DNA of 63,758 nucleotides, filler included, from Kipferlia bialata (GCA_003568945.1; 5 parts of 5 records of this genome joined end to end with filler, not necessarily neighbours in it); one strand, 5' to 3'. Shown: positions 36,563 through 50,344, counted from the whole stretch's first letter. The notes: generated by a model not told the origin, from the sequence alone. Program-made: numbers and translations.

Positions 36563-37882
36563 GACCCCCCCAGATGCGTGGCTCAACCTGTGCACCCTGG
36601 AGGTGAGTGTGCTCAAGGGTGCCAAGGACGCAGAGAACCTGAGGAGGATCAGGGCCACCTTCGAGGAGGCCCTCTCCCACACACCCGACGAGGTGTTTGA
36701 CGAGGGTATGTGTAGTACCACTATACCCCATGTATCGTGTTTCCTCCTTACCCCCCAGGTCCTGAGGACAGGGTGAGGTGCCAGAACGACTGGAGGCGCT
36801 ACCTGTGGCTGTGGGTGTGGTTCGGAGCAGCAGAGGAGCTCTACGGAGACAAGGTGCGGCATCTTCTTGTATATAACAACCATATACCCCCCCCGTCCCC
36901 TACCCCCAGACCAAGGCCACCGAGCTGTACGAGACTGCTCTTGAGATGGTGCCTGTGAGGGAGGGCGTGGCCGTGGTTGAGTTCCCCCAGATCTGGTGCC
37001 AGGCCGCTCTGTTCCACGTGAGGCAGGGCGATGCCACCAAGGCCAGGGAGGTGTTTGAGAGGGCCGTGGATGTGTCCCCATGTGTCGAGGTGTTCAGGCA
37101 CTACTGCGACATGGAGACATCCCTGGGAGAGGCAGCTAGGGTGGGGTCCATCCTGGAGAGAGAGGTGGCTGCATTCGTCACAGACTCCACAGCGTGGCTC
37201 AGGCTGGGTACGTATACATGTGCACTGTATAGTGGTAGTATTTGTTTGTGCATCCCCATTCCACCCTCACCCCAGTCAACCTGTCCATTGAGCTCAAGGC
37301 ATACGACAAGGCCAGACGCACCCTGGACGAGGCCCTGCTCACTGAGGGGGTCGACTACCCAGAGGTATGGGCCTAGTGTCAGTATAGTATATCCATGCAA
37401 CCACCCCCCTCACCCCCTAGGTGCTGTGGGCCAGGTACCTGTCGATGGAGACAGACCTGGGCAACACCGAGCACGTGCGTGCCCTGTACGCCAGGGTTGC
37501 CGAGGCCTCCCCCCACTCCGGGTCGGTGCATGTGGCTAGGGCCCAGTTCGAGAGTGGCGAGGGCAACATCGACGGAGCCAGACACGCCCTGCGGGTGGGT
37601 GCGGGTGCCCTGGCCCAGGTGACCGCTGCTGTCGAGGGTCAGGCCGTGGACACCGAGGCCAGAGACGAGAGGGCGATGCTGCTTGGGGCCTGGCTGGAGC
37701 TGGAGGAGGCTGCCAATGGGGCAGGCATGGAGGACTGTCTAGAGGAGGTGCAGGGTCTGCAGCCCAGAAGGGACGACAAGGAGGAGGGGTGGGTGTTCCC
37801 AGAGGAGGAGGAGACGGGTGCCGGAGCCAGGCTCGCCCAGATGGCTGCCGAGTGGTCGGAGGACGAGGACGAGGACTACTAG
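35343..37882 (+). CDS. CRNKL1: Crooked neck-like (CLF1/SYF3) HAT-repeat splicing factor, 5'-truncated
   Basis: YAVFLEKLGDVPAARIVYERWMSYRP, HPGSKMFLRWAAFEEK, DAWLNL, IRATFEEALSHTP, WRRYLWLWVWFGAAEEL, and C-terminal WVFPEEE..GARLAQMAAEW match the crooked-neck motif order. Confidence 0.88.
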
Positions 37883-38234
37883 GCAGGGGGTGCAGTAGTG
37901 TATAGATAGACACCAGTCGTTGGCGGAGATGTGACTGTTTCCAATATTTTCACTTGACATTGATTTATTCCTGTCTATCGTGACAAGCGACTCAGTGTGA
38001 CACTCTATTCTTTTACACGTAATGCTATATATATACATACTGTTTTCTATAGGAAGAGTCAGATCAGTCAACCCTCGTCCACATAGAGAGATAGCGAGAG
38101 AGAAAGCCTTTCTCAGAAAGGCACACCCAGAACCCACAGATCACTGGGAGGGCCAGATGTTGTGTCCTTTCCCAAAGGAGCAGTTACTACTGAAACATGG
38201 ACATGCACTGTGTCTACACTCGTCGGATGCCAAT

Positions 38235-41226
38235 CTACTTCTGAGCATTCGCTGATACCTGTGTGATCTTGTCGCATAGGTCCTCGATGGTCTGCTTGAA
38301 TGTCTCCTTGTCCACTAGTGATGATTCTGAGATCTTCACTAAGCTGCTACCGATCGCACCGCCCACTGCAGGGTCAACCACCCTAAACCAACTGATGAGG
38401 GGCTGCATCACCTGGGTGTGAATGCACCCATTGGGGTCAAGTGCAGCACCCGTCAGGTGGTAGGCCCTGGCTGATGTGTCACACACTGTGTGGCCAGTGT
38501 CCATCCACCAGTCATTGGGGACCAGCATCTGGGAGGGGTCGTTAGGGGTGATCAGGCCATTGAGAGAGCCCAGCAGACACTGCACTGCTACAGATGAAGG
38601 GGGATCCGGCATAGTGAGTACCTGGACCATCGAAGACAGGTGCATCACATACACCTGACCTAGGTAGGCCAGCTCCGTCAGACATGGGTAGCAAGACCCA
38701 TAGGTATGCAGCGTGTAAGATAGGTGCCTACGTGCCTCATCGACAGCTGTTGGCCCTCCAAGCATGACAAACACCAATGTCATGTTGCGCATCTTGTCTA
38801 GCGTCGGAGTACCCAGGCAACTGTACCGTGACACATCCCTAGTACTCACAGCCCCTCCCATCCGGAAGACGTACCTCTCACAGGCGAGACATATTCTCTT
38901 CTCCACAGACCTCAGGTGGTCCTTGATGGTCTCTGGGCAGTACTCCTTCACGGCAATCGTCTCAGTGAAGAGATGGTTCCTTAGCAGGCGCTGTGACGTG
39001 TAGTCCCCTCTGAGGCAACCGACGTGCAAGGTGTCAGCCTCGTAGTTCTTGGGGGGTAAGGCAGGGACATCTAGCCATTCTGGGATGCTGGGGTGGGGGC
39101 TCTTGCCACGGCTCACAGGAAGCTGAATGGCATGAGCTATCCGGCCACTGCCAACAGTACAGAGAGGCCTGGTCAGGGTACATGAGTCTAAGGCGACCCA
39201 GCCGCCAATGTGTGTCTCCCTGGGTCCATGCCAGGTCATGATGGGGGGACCCTTGCCAGCAAGGTAGGATATGGTAGCTACCTGTACCTCTCCACTGGCT
39301 GGTGACCTCCTGTCCTTATGGTCCGAGAAGCACAGTACACAGAGCATGGTAGCTAGCCTCTCCACCGACGTGTTGTCGAATGCAGCTACAGAGCTAGGAT
39401 ACTCCTGTGCCGTGGGGGATGCAGCTTCTGTTTGTTTCTGGTTGGACACGTGAGGGTGCTCGGAAGAACATGACTGGCTGGAAGGGCCCTCAAGGTACTT
39501 GCCCTTCTCAGCAAAGGTATGTCTCTGATTGTCGTGGGCATCATCGACTTCCTTATACTGACGCGCGGCACCAGGCAGGCTGGCCTCAGGCTTCTGCCCC
39601 TTCACGTCCACAAGACCCATGCTCTTCTTGATACTAGAGTAGTACTGGCACACAAGATGTTCTGCCCTAGACTGTGGGTCGGACCTATCCCCCGGCATCT
39701 CACCAATCAACACGGTGTCAGCCATAAGAATGGACCTGTAGCAATCGATGAGTGCCGTTGGCCAGCCCTCACACCCTGTGGGGACACTGCCCGGCTCTGT
39801 CTCTAGCACACGCACAGCCAGCTGCAGCTTCTCATTGTACACAGCCATGCAGTCCTGGTGGTTGTGAGTGGGGTGGTCAACCCACGGGAGCTCTGCCCCA
39901 GCTGCCTCAGCGAAGGAGTATACAAGGGCTTCTAGGTCCTGATATGAGGGGTATTACGAGGGTTGTAGACTGTGAATGAGAATGTCACCTAAAAGAAGTA
40001 GCTGAGAGGGAGGGAGAGGTAGCAACCGACCTTTATGGGCCTGTCTCTCACGCCAAGGTGGGCATCGCGAGCACAGTACGTGTATACACCGTAGAAACAA
40101 GAATCAGCGTCGTGGAGCCCAGGGTAGTTGTCTCTGGGGTTCTTGAAGGCCCTCTTCGAGTCAATGTCGACACCATACTTGGCAGCCATTTTAGCCTTGG
40201 CATCTGCCAGCAGGGAGTGGCCAGGCACCACGTAGCACACCTCAAAGTCGATGAAGCACGGGAGGTACTCGCCACTCTCGTGTGGCATCACAAGAATATT
40301 GCCCCTGTGAATGTCGTTGTGCACGATCCCTTGGGAGTGGAGGGTACATAGGGAATGGAGACACCGATAGAAGAGGCGCATGAGTGAACCCTCGTCAAGG
40401 GCAAGTTTAGCCTCGGAGAAAGGGCCAACATCCCTGAGGACAAAGATACCAGCAAGGGTGGCTGGGTCTGGAAGGATGTGGGGAAACTCCACAGTGTAGC
40501 CGTTAGAGTGTTCTCTCACACTTGAGACAGGTGTGCAAGTAACTGGAATCCCGTCGAGCAGGGAGCGGATCAGTACATCACACAGGTCCCCTCTCTCCAC
40601 TCTAAAGACCTCTGGCTGGTGTTAGAATTGGGCTGCAACCTACCATACCACCGTGTGTAGCACTGAATTATTACCCGTTACACATACCTCACCCACCTCT
40701 CCGGTATTGCCACTCTGCCCCTCCTCTTCGTCCATGGACAGTTCTATAATACCGATAGGTTCTAAACTAGCGTGAGGAGTGGGATGGAGGGGGTGGGAAA
40801 GAGTTGACGGCATGAACAGTACACACAGATGGTAGAGAACAGAGGGGGGGATTGACCAGCTAGGCGTATTACTGTCGAGAATACGTTGCATCGGGATTGA
40901 TATACTAATTAGTGTACATGCCGGTGTATATATATACATGTCTGGCATAGAGAGTGGGTGTCTGCGTCCATTATAGCGATAGAGAGATTGAGATTGAGAG
41001 GACAGTGGCATACTTTCAGTCGACTGCGTACACCTCTTACAGATGTACAGGAGGATGAAGTACAGAGAGAATCGACGTTATCAAGGAGGGAGAGAGTTCT
41101 ATAAATAAATGTGTCAGTCACACATAGAGAGAGAGAGGTATATATTGGGTACACATCTTGCCACAGAAGGATCAAACACACCTGTCATGAGCCCTAAGCG
41201 GGGACGGAACTGGTAGGGTATATCCT
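38235..41226 (-). CDS. Atypical protein-kinase-fold domain fused to a ~540-aa unknown C-terminal region; intron-poor, 5' end unclear
   Basis: ORF 39989-40600 has LCTLHSQGIVHNDIHRGNILV and CFIDFE. It can splice to the long exon containing ORF 38235-39848; further upstream exons extend to ~41226. Confidence 0.55.
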
Positions 41227-41261
41227 AGAGTGAGACTCTGTGAAGAGGGTAGGGAGAGGAT

Positions 41262-41293
<32 letters not shown>

Positions 41294-41369
41294 AAAAGAC
41301 CCGGTGTGGCACCCAGTGTCTTTCCTTGTACCTAGTCAGCCATCGAACTCCTAGTGCCCCTCTTCCCTG

Positions 41370-43068
41370 AGCACACACTGTACTATGCCCCCGCCAAGGT
41401 AATCTCTCTCTCTCTCTCTGTCTCCCTCTCCCCCCCTCTCCCCCTCTTTCCCCCTCTCTCTCCATCTTGCTGTCAAATGAAGATATGGGACAACAGGCAG
41501 ACTCTTTCCTTATGATATCTTTCCCTGCCTCTCTCTCCCGCTTCCTCTCTCTGTCATTACCAATGATATCCCGATCTTCTCATCCCATTTCCCCTCTTGT
41601 TCTCACTCTCTCAGGCAGATGTCAGAGACCCATTGGTATATCCCCCTCTCTTCTCTTAGTCTCACTCCCACACTCTTCCTCCAATCTCTGCACATATATT
41701 CTCTCTTGTTCTCATTATCAGGCAGATGTCAGAGAGTGCCAACCCAAGACACTTCAGGTGATGCCTCTCGCCTATGTCTCTCTTAGCATCATGGGTGTCT
41801 ATTCCTATACCCTTATTGTCATGTAGGGGGTGACAGCTCTCTCTCTCTCTCTCCCCCATGTTTATACAGCATACATATAGATATATCCTCACCTCTAGAC
41901 AGGAGGTAGCAACCCATCTCTCTCTCTATCTATACATATCCAAGTAACTATAACAATACCCTCACCTCTAGACAGGAGGTGTCAGCACTCAAGAGAGATC
42001 AGCTCTTCTCTCGCTGTCTTCCTATTTCTCTCTCTATACACCTCCAATATATGTATTAATATATATATGTATCCTCACCTCTAGACAGGAGGTATCAGCA
42101 CTGAAGAGAGAGCTGGCCGCACTCAAGACAGAGTCCATGGCATCGGACAGCAGGTATATTAATACATGAGGTGTATGTGTATGTATAGATGTGTATACGT
42201 ATATAATACATTGGTGTATAATGATACTTTTTTGCATGTAGTGGCAGCACTCAAGACAGAGTCCGTGGCATCGGACAGCAGGTATATACCTTGAATAATT
42301 AGTAGAGTGTCAATAGTGTATATGTATTGTGAACAATACACATTGTATATGTACTATATGTGTATATTAGGCCACACCACTTCTTCTGCTCTCACTCCAG
42401 GCACCGCCACATGACTGTGTCACTCAACCATCAGGTATGGAGACACATTCTGTATACGTATGTTCATTTGCAACATATATCTAAATATATATACTATTTG
42501 TGTGTTTTGTGTATATATTATGTATACTTGCCCCTCTTCACCCACGATTCTAACCCGCCAGCTCCAGGCACTTCAGAAGCAGAACCATGACTTCCAGGAG
42601 GTATGAGACAACGCCCTCTATTTCTGTCAGAGACAACACCTTGTACTCTGTCACTACCTGCGTGTGTTCCTCATATACGTCCAATACCCAGTTTCCAGTC
42701 TGCTAATGTATTTCTTCAGATATATCTCGCGACAGCTTCCTCTACACCCGTATTCCAGACTGCCGAGCACCTCCAGTTTGTCATTGCCAATCTCTCTCTC
42801 TCCTTCCCTCTACACCCTTAAATCAGACTGCTGAGCCCCTCCAGTCTGTCATTGCCAACACCTCTCTCTCTCTCTCTCTCTCTCTACACTCTTATATCAG
42901 ACTGCTGAGCACCTCCAGTCTGTCATTGCCAACCTGAGGTCAAGGCTCAGGGAGACTCGGTACGACTCGTGTTTACAAACTAGAAACATTCTGTCTCTCT
43001 CACAGCCACTCTGCCAACGCCCTTATATCAGCAACGTGGCTGCTGCTGCCAAGGCCAGCTCTCTCTCT

Positions 43069-43106
<38 letters not shown>

Positions 43107-43150
43107 GTCTACACCCTTATTTCAGCAACGTGGCTGCTGCTGCCAAGGCC

Positions 43151-43188
<38 letters not shown>

Positions 43189-46100
43189 GTCTACACCCTT
43201 ATTTCAGCCACGTGGCTGCTGCTGCCAAGGCCAGCTCTCTCTCTCTCCCTATCCCCCTCCCTCCCTTTGTCTCTCTCCTTGCCTACACCCTTATATCAGC
43301 AACGTGGCTGCTGCTGCCAAGGCCAGGGCTGACACTGCAGAGTCCCTGGCAGAGAGGAGGAGGTGTGTATGTATGTATATATGTATATATGTGTAACACA
43401 ATAGATGTCTATATATATAGAATGAGAGAGAGGGCTGACACCGCAGAGACACTGGCAGAGAGGAGGAGGTATGGTTGTATATACACACATGTATATGTAT
43501 GTATATTTATGTGTCTATAGTAGAATGACATTATATATGACTATTCACCCCTTTCTGACTGTAGGCTGGCCCTGCAGGGTAACGGTATGTTTGTGAGTGT
43601 ACTTACACAGAGAAAGGCACATGACTTGGAAAGAGAGTAGTATCATTCGTTAAACTGTAAAGAGTTCACCCCAGGCTTGCACTGCAGGGGGAGAAGAACA
43701 ACGAGTCAGTGCGCAACCAGGCACATGGGTGAGTAGTATTGTAGATATGTATGTATAAACGTAATAGTATATATTCATATGTGAGGACCATATACTATTT
43801 TGTAGTTGTAACAACGAGTCAGTGCGCAACCATGCACATGAGTGAGTGATGTATTGTAATTCTTGGAACATTCTCTATGTATAAGAGTGTCTAGAGTAAA
43901 GTGATATTGAGGTTGTAACTAACCTCATCAACTCACCCTCTCAGCCGCTATGAGCAGGTCCTTGCCTCCCAGCTCAAGAAGGTGACCACAGAGAAGAAGG
44001 TAATATACACGGTGACTCATTCTCTGCCTCTCCATATATAGATATATGTATGTATATATATATATGTGTGTGTGTGTGCGTATGTGTGTGTGTGTGGGTG
44101 TGTCTGAGTTTAACTGATTGCAAGAAAAACTTCCGGTCAAGGCCCTTGCCCAGGAGTGCTCCTCCATGTCCACCCTTATTCTGCTTTTCTCTCTCTCTCA
44201 CTCTCTCTATCAGTCTCTCCCTACGTGTGTATAACATTCAGGCCCTTGCCCAGGAGTGCTCCTCCATGTCCACTGAGTGCTCACAGCTCAGAGCTGCACT
44301 GAAGGTATTGGGTCTACTTTAGTACATATATTCAACGTATACGTATATATCTTCTTATGTATAGGTAGCCCAGGCCGAGACCCACCGCACCAGACATCTC
44401 TCTCTCTCTCTCTCTCTNNGTAGCCCAGGCCGAGACCCACCGCACCAGACATCTCTCTCTCTCTCTCTCTCTCTTAACTGGTATATATATATATATTTAT
44501 ATATATATAAATATATATATATATTAATATCCAGGTAGCCCAGGCCGAGACCCACCGCACCAGACAGGAGATGCAGATGGAGAGGGCAAAGAGGATGGAG
44601 GCTAAGGTAATTGATTGATTGATTGATTGGCTATCATTGATTCTGTATACATATATACAGTACTATAAATACCGTACTATATATACATAATATACTACAT
44701 ATATATGTGGAAGGCAGGAGATGCAGATGGAGAGGGCAAAGAGGATAGTATAGAGGCAAAGATATAGTCAATTGATTGATTAGTTGGATCGTACTATTAT
44801 ATTATATTTATTATTAGGGTATGTAGTGTAAAATCAATTGATTGATTATATATAATTGATTATCAGGACGAGGCCCTCAGGAGAGGCCAGGCCCTGCACA
44901 CGGCATACAGGAACAGTGTGCTGGAGGCAGAGAGGGTATGTGTGTGGATACTGTTAGACACTTCAGTATACCCACTTAAAGGTTGTTGCTCGACGGTTGC
45001 AACAAATATATATATGCAACTACAGGCTGAGAGTGTAAGTGCCAATATAGTAATTCTGTTCAAATATAATAATGAGCTGTACATTCAAGATATAATTGTG
45101 TATGTATACTCATTCCTAGGCCAGATCTGACTACCGCAAGCTGGTCAGGACTCTTGTATGTTATACTGTATAGGATAGTACTTCTATATCCACTGTACTG
45201 TAGTATATATGAATGTGTGTATGTATACATCTCACCCTTTAGGCTCGGTCTGACCACCGCGAGCTGGTCAGAACACTCAACATACGGTCGATATATGTAT
45301 ATGTTTATATGTATCTATATATATATATGAGTGTAAATATATGTATGTATATATGTCTTCTCTATACACTCATGTTAGGCCAGGTCTGACCACCGCAAGC
45401 TGGTCAGGACACTCAACATGAGGGAGGACAAGATAGCAGAGCTCAAGGACCAGGTATAATCTATATAATATATATAATATATCTATATATATGTATGATC
45501 ACATCAGTCAACTACTTTACACTGCCTTAGAGTATAGGTTGTGATACAATGCCGTTATACATCTTACCCCCCAGCTTGCTGCCCAGGAGGTAGAGATGGG
45601 TGTGCTTCTGGCAAAGGTGAGTAATACTCTTTTACTCTTCTCACAGATTATTACAGATATACTCATATTTCTATACTATGGATACCTGCAGTGGAGATGG
45701 GAGTGCTTCTGGCTGAGTGAGTATATTGGTTCTGTGTCGGTTGCTTTCTGAATTATTGTCTTACCGCTAGGTGACTGCCCTCAGAGGAGAGCTCTCCGGC
45801 ATGTCAGGGTGAGTATCATTCTCTCTCTCTCTCTCGTTCTATTCATATATCCGTATGTGAATTTGTTTGCATTAGTCATAACACCCATATATATAGTACT
45901 CAGAGGAGAGCTTTTCCGGCATGTCAGGGTGAGTGTCATCTCTCTATTCTCTCTCTTGCTGTCCATGTATCCTCATGTGACTATGTTTGCCCAAGAAATT
46001 GCATATAGATTCATTGTGTCTCATCTTTCTCTCTGTCTCACTCTTCCTATAGGTTCAAACCCATTGTGTAATAATGCTACAAACTACAAGGAGACATGCT

Positions 46101-46408
46101 TCATATATGTGAGGACATTGATATATACTATTGTTATTGCTCACTACAAGGAGACATGCCGCTGTGGCAGCTGACCTGGCCTCCAGGGCAGCAGCTCTCA
46201 ACATCACACATCTACAGGCACCTGAGCCAGTACCCACAAAGGTATACACACGTGTTCTGTATTGATAAGTCAATTCATTGAGGCTTCTATCACATCTCCA
46301 TGTGGTCACCTATACATTACATGTACTGACCTCTAGGCACACCGTGACAGGATGGCCAGACTAGCATCCAGGGCAGCTGGTATCGGTGCAGTGGACAGGG
46401 AGCAGTGA
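41370..46408 (+). CDS. Coiled-coil protein built of about 20 micro-exons; 5' end missing
   Basis: Exon peptides QEVSALKRELAALKTE / LQALQKQNHDFQE / TAEHLQSVIANL / ALAQECSSMSTECSQLRAALK / VAQAETHRTRQEMQMERAK / ARSDHRKLVRTLNMREDKIAELKDQ / AHRDRMARLASRAAGIGAVDREQ* (TGA 46406-46408). Confidence 0.65.
43020..43326 (+). repeat. Four stacked copies of acceptor + exon start (ccttatwtcag|CAACGTGGCTGCTGCTGCCAAGGCCAG)
   Basis: Copies at ~43021, ~43115, ~43196 and ~43288; the first three run into (CT)n, and only the last continues as coding sequence. Confidence 0.9.
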
Positions 46409-46967
46409 GGCATACACTACTGATCCTGGATACACAGCAATAGACTCATTTCTATATTCGTCTCTGTCACATGGGGTATATTGAGAAATTTCTCTACTTT
46501 TGTGTTGGTATCGGCGCAGTGGACAGGGAGCAGTGAGGCATACATCAGACTAGTTTTGTTGCCCCTTATACTATACTGCAATGAAGCGATGAAGTACCAA
46601 TCGTCGTCATATTACTCTGGTGTTTGTATCGGTGCAGTGGACAGGGAGCAGTGAGGCATATACTACTGGTTCTGCCACAGCAATAGACTCATTTCTATGT
46701 TCCTTTTCGTCACAAATAGTCATTGTGGCTTTCGAGGTTCTTACTCTGATGTTGGCGCCACTATCAAAAGACAAACTGAGCCTCAGTCTGAGGTTGTGTT
46801 GAAATACGCTAGGTCTCTTTCAATTTTCTCTGTATTCACTGAAATTCAGTGAAATCCAGTCTGAATACTAATCAGCTGATTGCGTTAGTTGCCGTGTAAA
46901 CCGTGTCGGGAACATACATGGCAACTGCCATTCGTTTCATTCGCACCATTCGTAAGCGAATTCCATT

Positions 46968-47067
46968 NNNNNNNNNNNNNNNNNNNNNNNNNNNNNNNNN
47001 NNNNNNNNNNNTTAATTAATTAANNNNNNNNNNNNNNNNNNNNNNNNNNNNNNNNNNNNNNNNNNNN
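46968..47067. other. Artificial contig linker
   Basis: N44-TTAATTAATTAA-N44. Confidence 0.97.
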
Positions 47068-47214
47068 GGGGAAAGACAGGGGGGGGGGGGGGGGGGGGGG
47101 GGGGAGGAGGGGGTATGGCACTGATAGGTGGTAAGCGCTTGTCAGAACAACTATACAATAATTCGGTAACACATGAATCTGTACGAGAGAGACAGAGACC
47201 ACGTGTACACTTAC

Positions 47215-47349
47215 GTTGGGTAGCAGCAGCATTGGTTTCTCCTGCAACACCACATCCCCTCTCTTGAAGGCCTTAGCAGCTAAGATACGCTTCTCTCCTC
47301 CAGCCCCATCTTCAATGGTGATACAGGAGGGGTCAGAGAGGATGACCAT
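47215..47349 (-). CDS. First exon of a probable SET-domain (SMYD-like) protein; rest lost at contig end
   Basis: MVILSDPSCITIEDGAGGEKRILAAKAFKRGDVVLQEKPML resembles the SET N-terminal G.R.L.A...I..G.V...E.P pattern; GTAAG donor follows. Confidence 0.55.
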
Positions 47350-47672
47350 CCTTGACGGAGGGGTGAGTGTTCTAGAGAAAAAGAGTGCAAAGGAAGATCG
47401 ATATTATATTCCCGCTACACCCCTTTCGACTTGCAACACAGCGGAGCAATAGATCCTTTCGACTTGCAACACAGTAACAACTCGATTCTTCCTATTCTCA
47501 GCATCTACCTTGCATTCATCCATTCATAGAGTGTCAGAAAACATTCGACCAAGTGGCTCCTCGGTCATTGTAATAGATGCAACTGCTATCAGGCCAAACA
47601 CAGATATCTAGATAGATATCTATTGTCTTCTGTGGAATTCTTGTACATCATCATCATCGTCATCATCATCAT

Positions 47673-50344
47673 CTAGAGCACTGCGGCATTCTCTGCCTCC
47701 AGCCTCTGCTTCGAGTCTATGCCCTTCGTGTCTATGTCCTTGGAGGCCTTGGCAAAGGTGGAGTTGGCCAGTCTCTTGTGCCTCCTCCCCTTCTTGCCCC
47801 CTCTCCTCCTCGACACAGACCCGCCCTTGCGCCGCCTCTCCTCGGCCCCACTGAGGTAGTAGGCCCCCCCCACCAGCACTCCTATGGCTGTGAGGGTGGC
47901 CCCCCCAATGTAGTACCAGTCGGTGGTGGATGTGGTGTCGTCAGGGTCGTCTGGCTCATCGACTGGGTCAGTCCCCAGGGCACTGCTGGTGGACGAGAAG
48001 TAGGCAGTGAAGGTGGAGGATGGGGGGACCTCGCCTGGGGTGAGAGACGGCTATAGTGTATATACAGAGTGGGTCACTGAAAACAATATCCACATCGTAC
48101 CTAGCACCATTGCGTCGTATATGCACGATGTGAGTGCATCGTCCTCCAGCCCCGTTGCCTCACAGAGAGTGGTGGCCTCGTCCTCTGTGAGGGGTGTCAG
48201 GGTGGGTAGGGTGGATGTCGACAGGGTGGGGAGCATGGTGGAGGATGTGTCTAGCAGGGCACCCCCTGTCTGGACGGTGTCTGTCACATAGGCGGTGTCA
48301 GCATCCAGGGAGGTACACGTGCCAAAGCAGCCTGTGCACAGCCCCTGAGTTGAGGTGGGGGTGGGGGGGGGAGGTATTAGGTAGCACCAGACACACACAC
48401 ACACACACGTACAGCACCACCCCCTACCTGTGCATTGTCTAGGAATACAGTGGATGCCGCAGCCCCTGTGTCCAGATAGAGGATGCCACTGGTGGACCTA
48501 GGGTCAGAGGAGGAGGGGGATGAATTACATGACACACACATACAGTACATATACACACTATACACCCCACACACCTGTTGACGCTGATGTCTATGGTGAG
48601 GCCTGACACAGCCAGGGACAGATACAGCACTACAGTGGCAGTGGTGGTCTCGGAGTAGGTGTCTGGGGGTAAACGGCAGGTGTCTCTCAAGGTGTGGGTG
48701 TATAACTATATACTAATTATCTAACTATACATAGAACTATACACCACCACCCACCTGGGTCTGTGTACCCTGTGACGCCTAGCACGGCTGACCCCACCGT
48801 GTGTGAGGTGACATCCAGGTCAATGGTGTCTCCATTGTATGTGACGGTAGGGGACTCGCCCTGGGGGTAAGATGAACAAGTGGACAGTATCAGTATCACA
48901 ACCATACAGGACATACCCCCCATACACCATACCTGACAGTCCACAGCCACCACTGAGTCGTATGAGGCCATGCCCTCTATCGCTGCCAGGGCCATGGCTG
49001 TGTAGTCAGGACTATCCCACCCGATGGACACGGCGGTGCTGGGGTGAGAGGGGGGAGGGGGTATGAGCACACGTACACACAATCCACTCACATCCATACA
49101 CCCCTACCTGATGGTTGGCTCCACCTCCACTGCCTCTGTGGCCACTGCCCTCGCTCTCATCTCTACCCTCACCCTGTCACTGTCCCCCAGCGGTGCCTCC
49201 AGCAGCAGACTGTCCCCATCAGTGAAGTAGTCATAGTAGTGCCCCATCAGAGTCTGCAGGTGGGGGTCCCCCGAGGCCAGTGCTGTCTTGGCCGGTATGG
49301 AGGAGCAGAGGGTGGCGCCTGTCATGATGGGGGACAGGGTCAGGTCGTACACCCTGTATTGGGTCATGGCCCCATTGGACAGGGCGTGCACCTCTACCCC
49401 AGTCACATACGCAGCGTCGTTGTCAGGGGACACGCCTGGGGGTGGGTGAGAAGGAGATGTTTGAACATAGATGTGTGTGAATACACCCTCACCTGGGAGC
49501 AGCATACTGACGCAGTCACTGTCGAATGACTGTATCCACCCATAGGACCAGGTGTCATCGTTGTATCTGATGTCTGCATACAGGGCAAATGCCAGCACAC
49601 TGTCGACATAGTCCGCATGGATAACAGGCCAGTCGCCACAGGCACTGGGGGTAAGGGGTATGGTATACATGTATATATATCAATATACAGAGAGAGATAT
49701 GCCACTGCACTCACCGCAGCTCCAGCCCACATATATCAGCCCCGTCGTCTGTGTGTGTGATGTACACACTCTGCTGGATGCCGGACAGAGACACGTCTGT
49801 GGGTGTGATGAGCACACCATCCCCGGTGGCCCTCTCCAGCCATGCAGCCCCATAGACAGCGTAGGAGGAGGGGGTCTCAGTCTCTACATACCTGGGGCGT
49901 CAGAGAGAGTGGAGGTAGGGTATCAATCTCAATGAGTATACACATGTATATACATCCCGTACCAGTCATTGAAGTACGGGTCCTGTATGTAGTTGAGTGC
50001 TCCCATCGACACATCTGCCAACACAAACTGCACAGAGGGGTAGGTCACACCGTCCTCGGCCTGGGAGGGTGAGGCATGTACAGTGTATATACATAGAGGG
50101 AAGGGAGAGAGAGTACATACACTGTCCTATGCATGGAAGGAGAAACGAGGTGTATACACAACAGGGTAGTGTGTCACACTGACACCGATACCTCCATCGA
50201 GTACTCGAGATGCACCCAGAACTCGATGTCCCTGGTGCCCTCCTGGTACAGAGAGGGGTGCTGACACGGCACATCCACAGACCGGCACTGCCAGCCGTCA
50301 TACCCTGGGGGGAGAGGGGGGGAGGGTGTTCATGGAAATGTAGG

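Noticed and set aside
43020..43326. CRISPR-like repeat-spacer arrays (also 30640-30916, 61208-61445)
   Set aside because: Repeats are exon edges with splice sites, spacers are microsatellite intron sequence, there are no cas genes and the context is eukaryotic.
46835..46853. Short inverted repeat ttcactgaa-a-ttcagtgaa as terminator or transposon end
   Set aside because: Single 9-bp arm pair with a 1-nt loop near a contig end; no partner or transposase seen.
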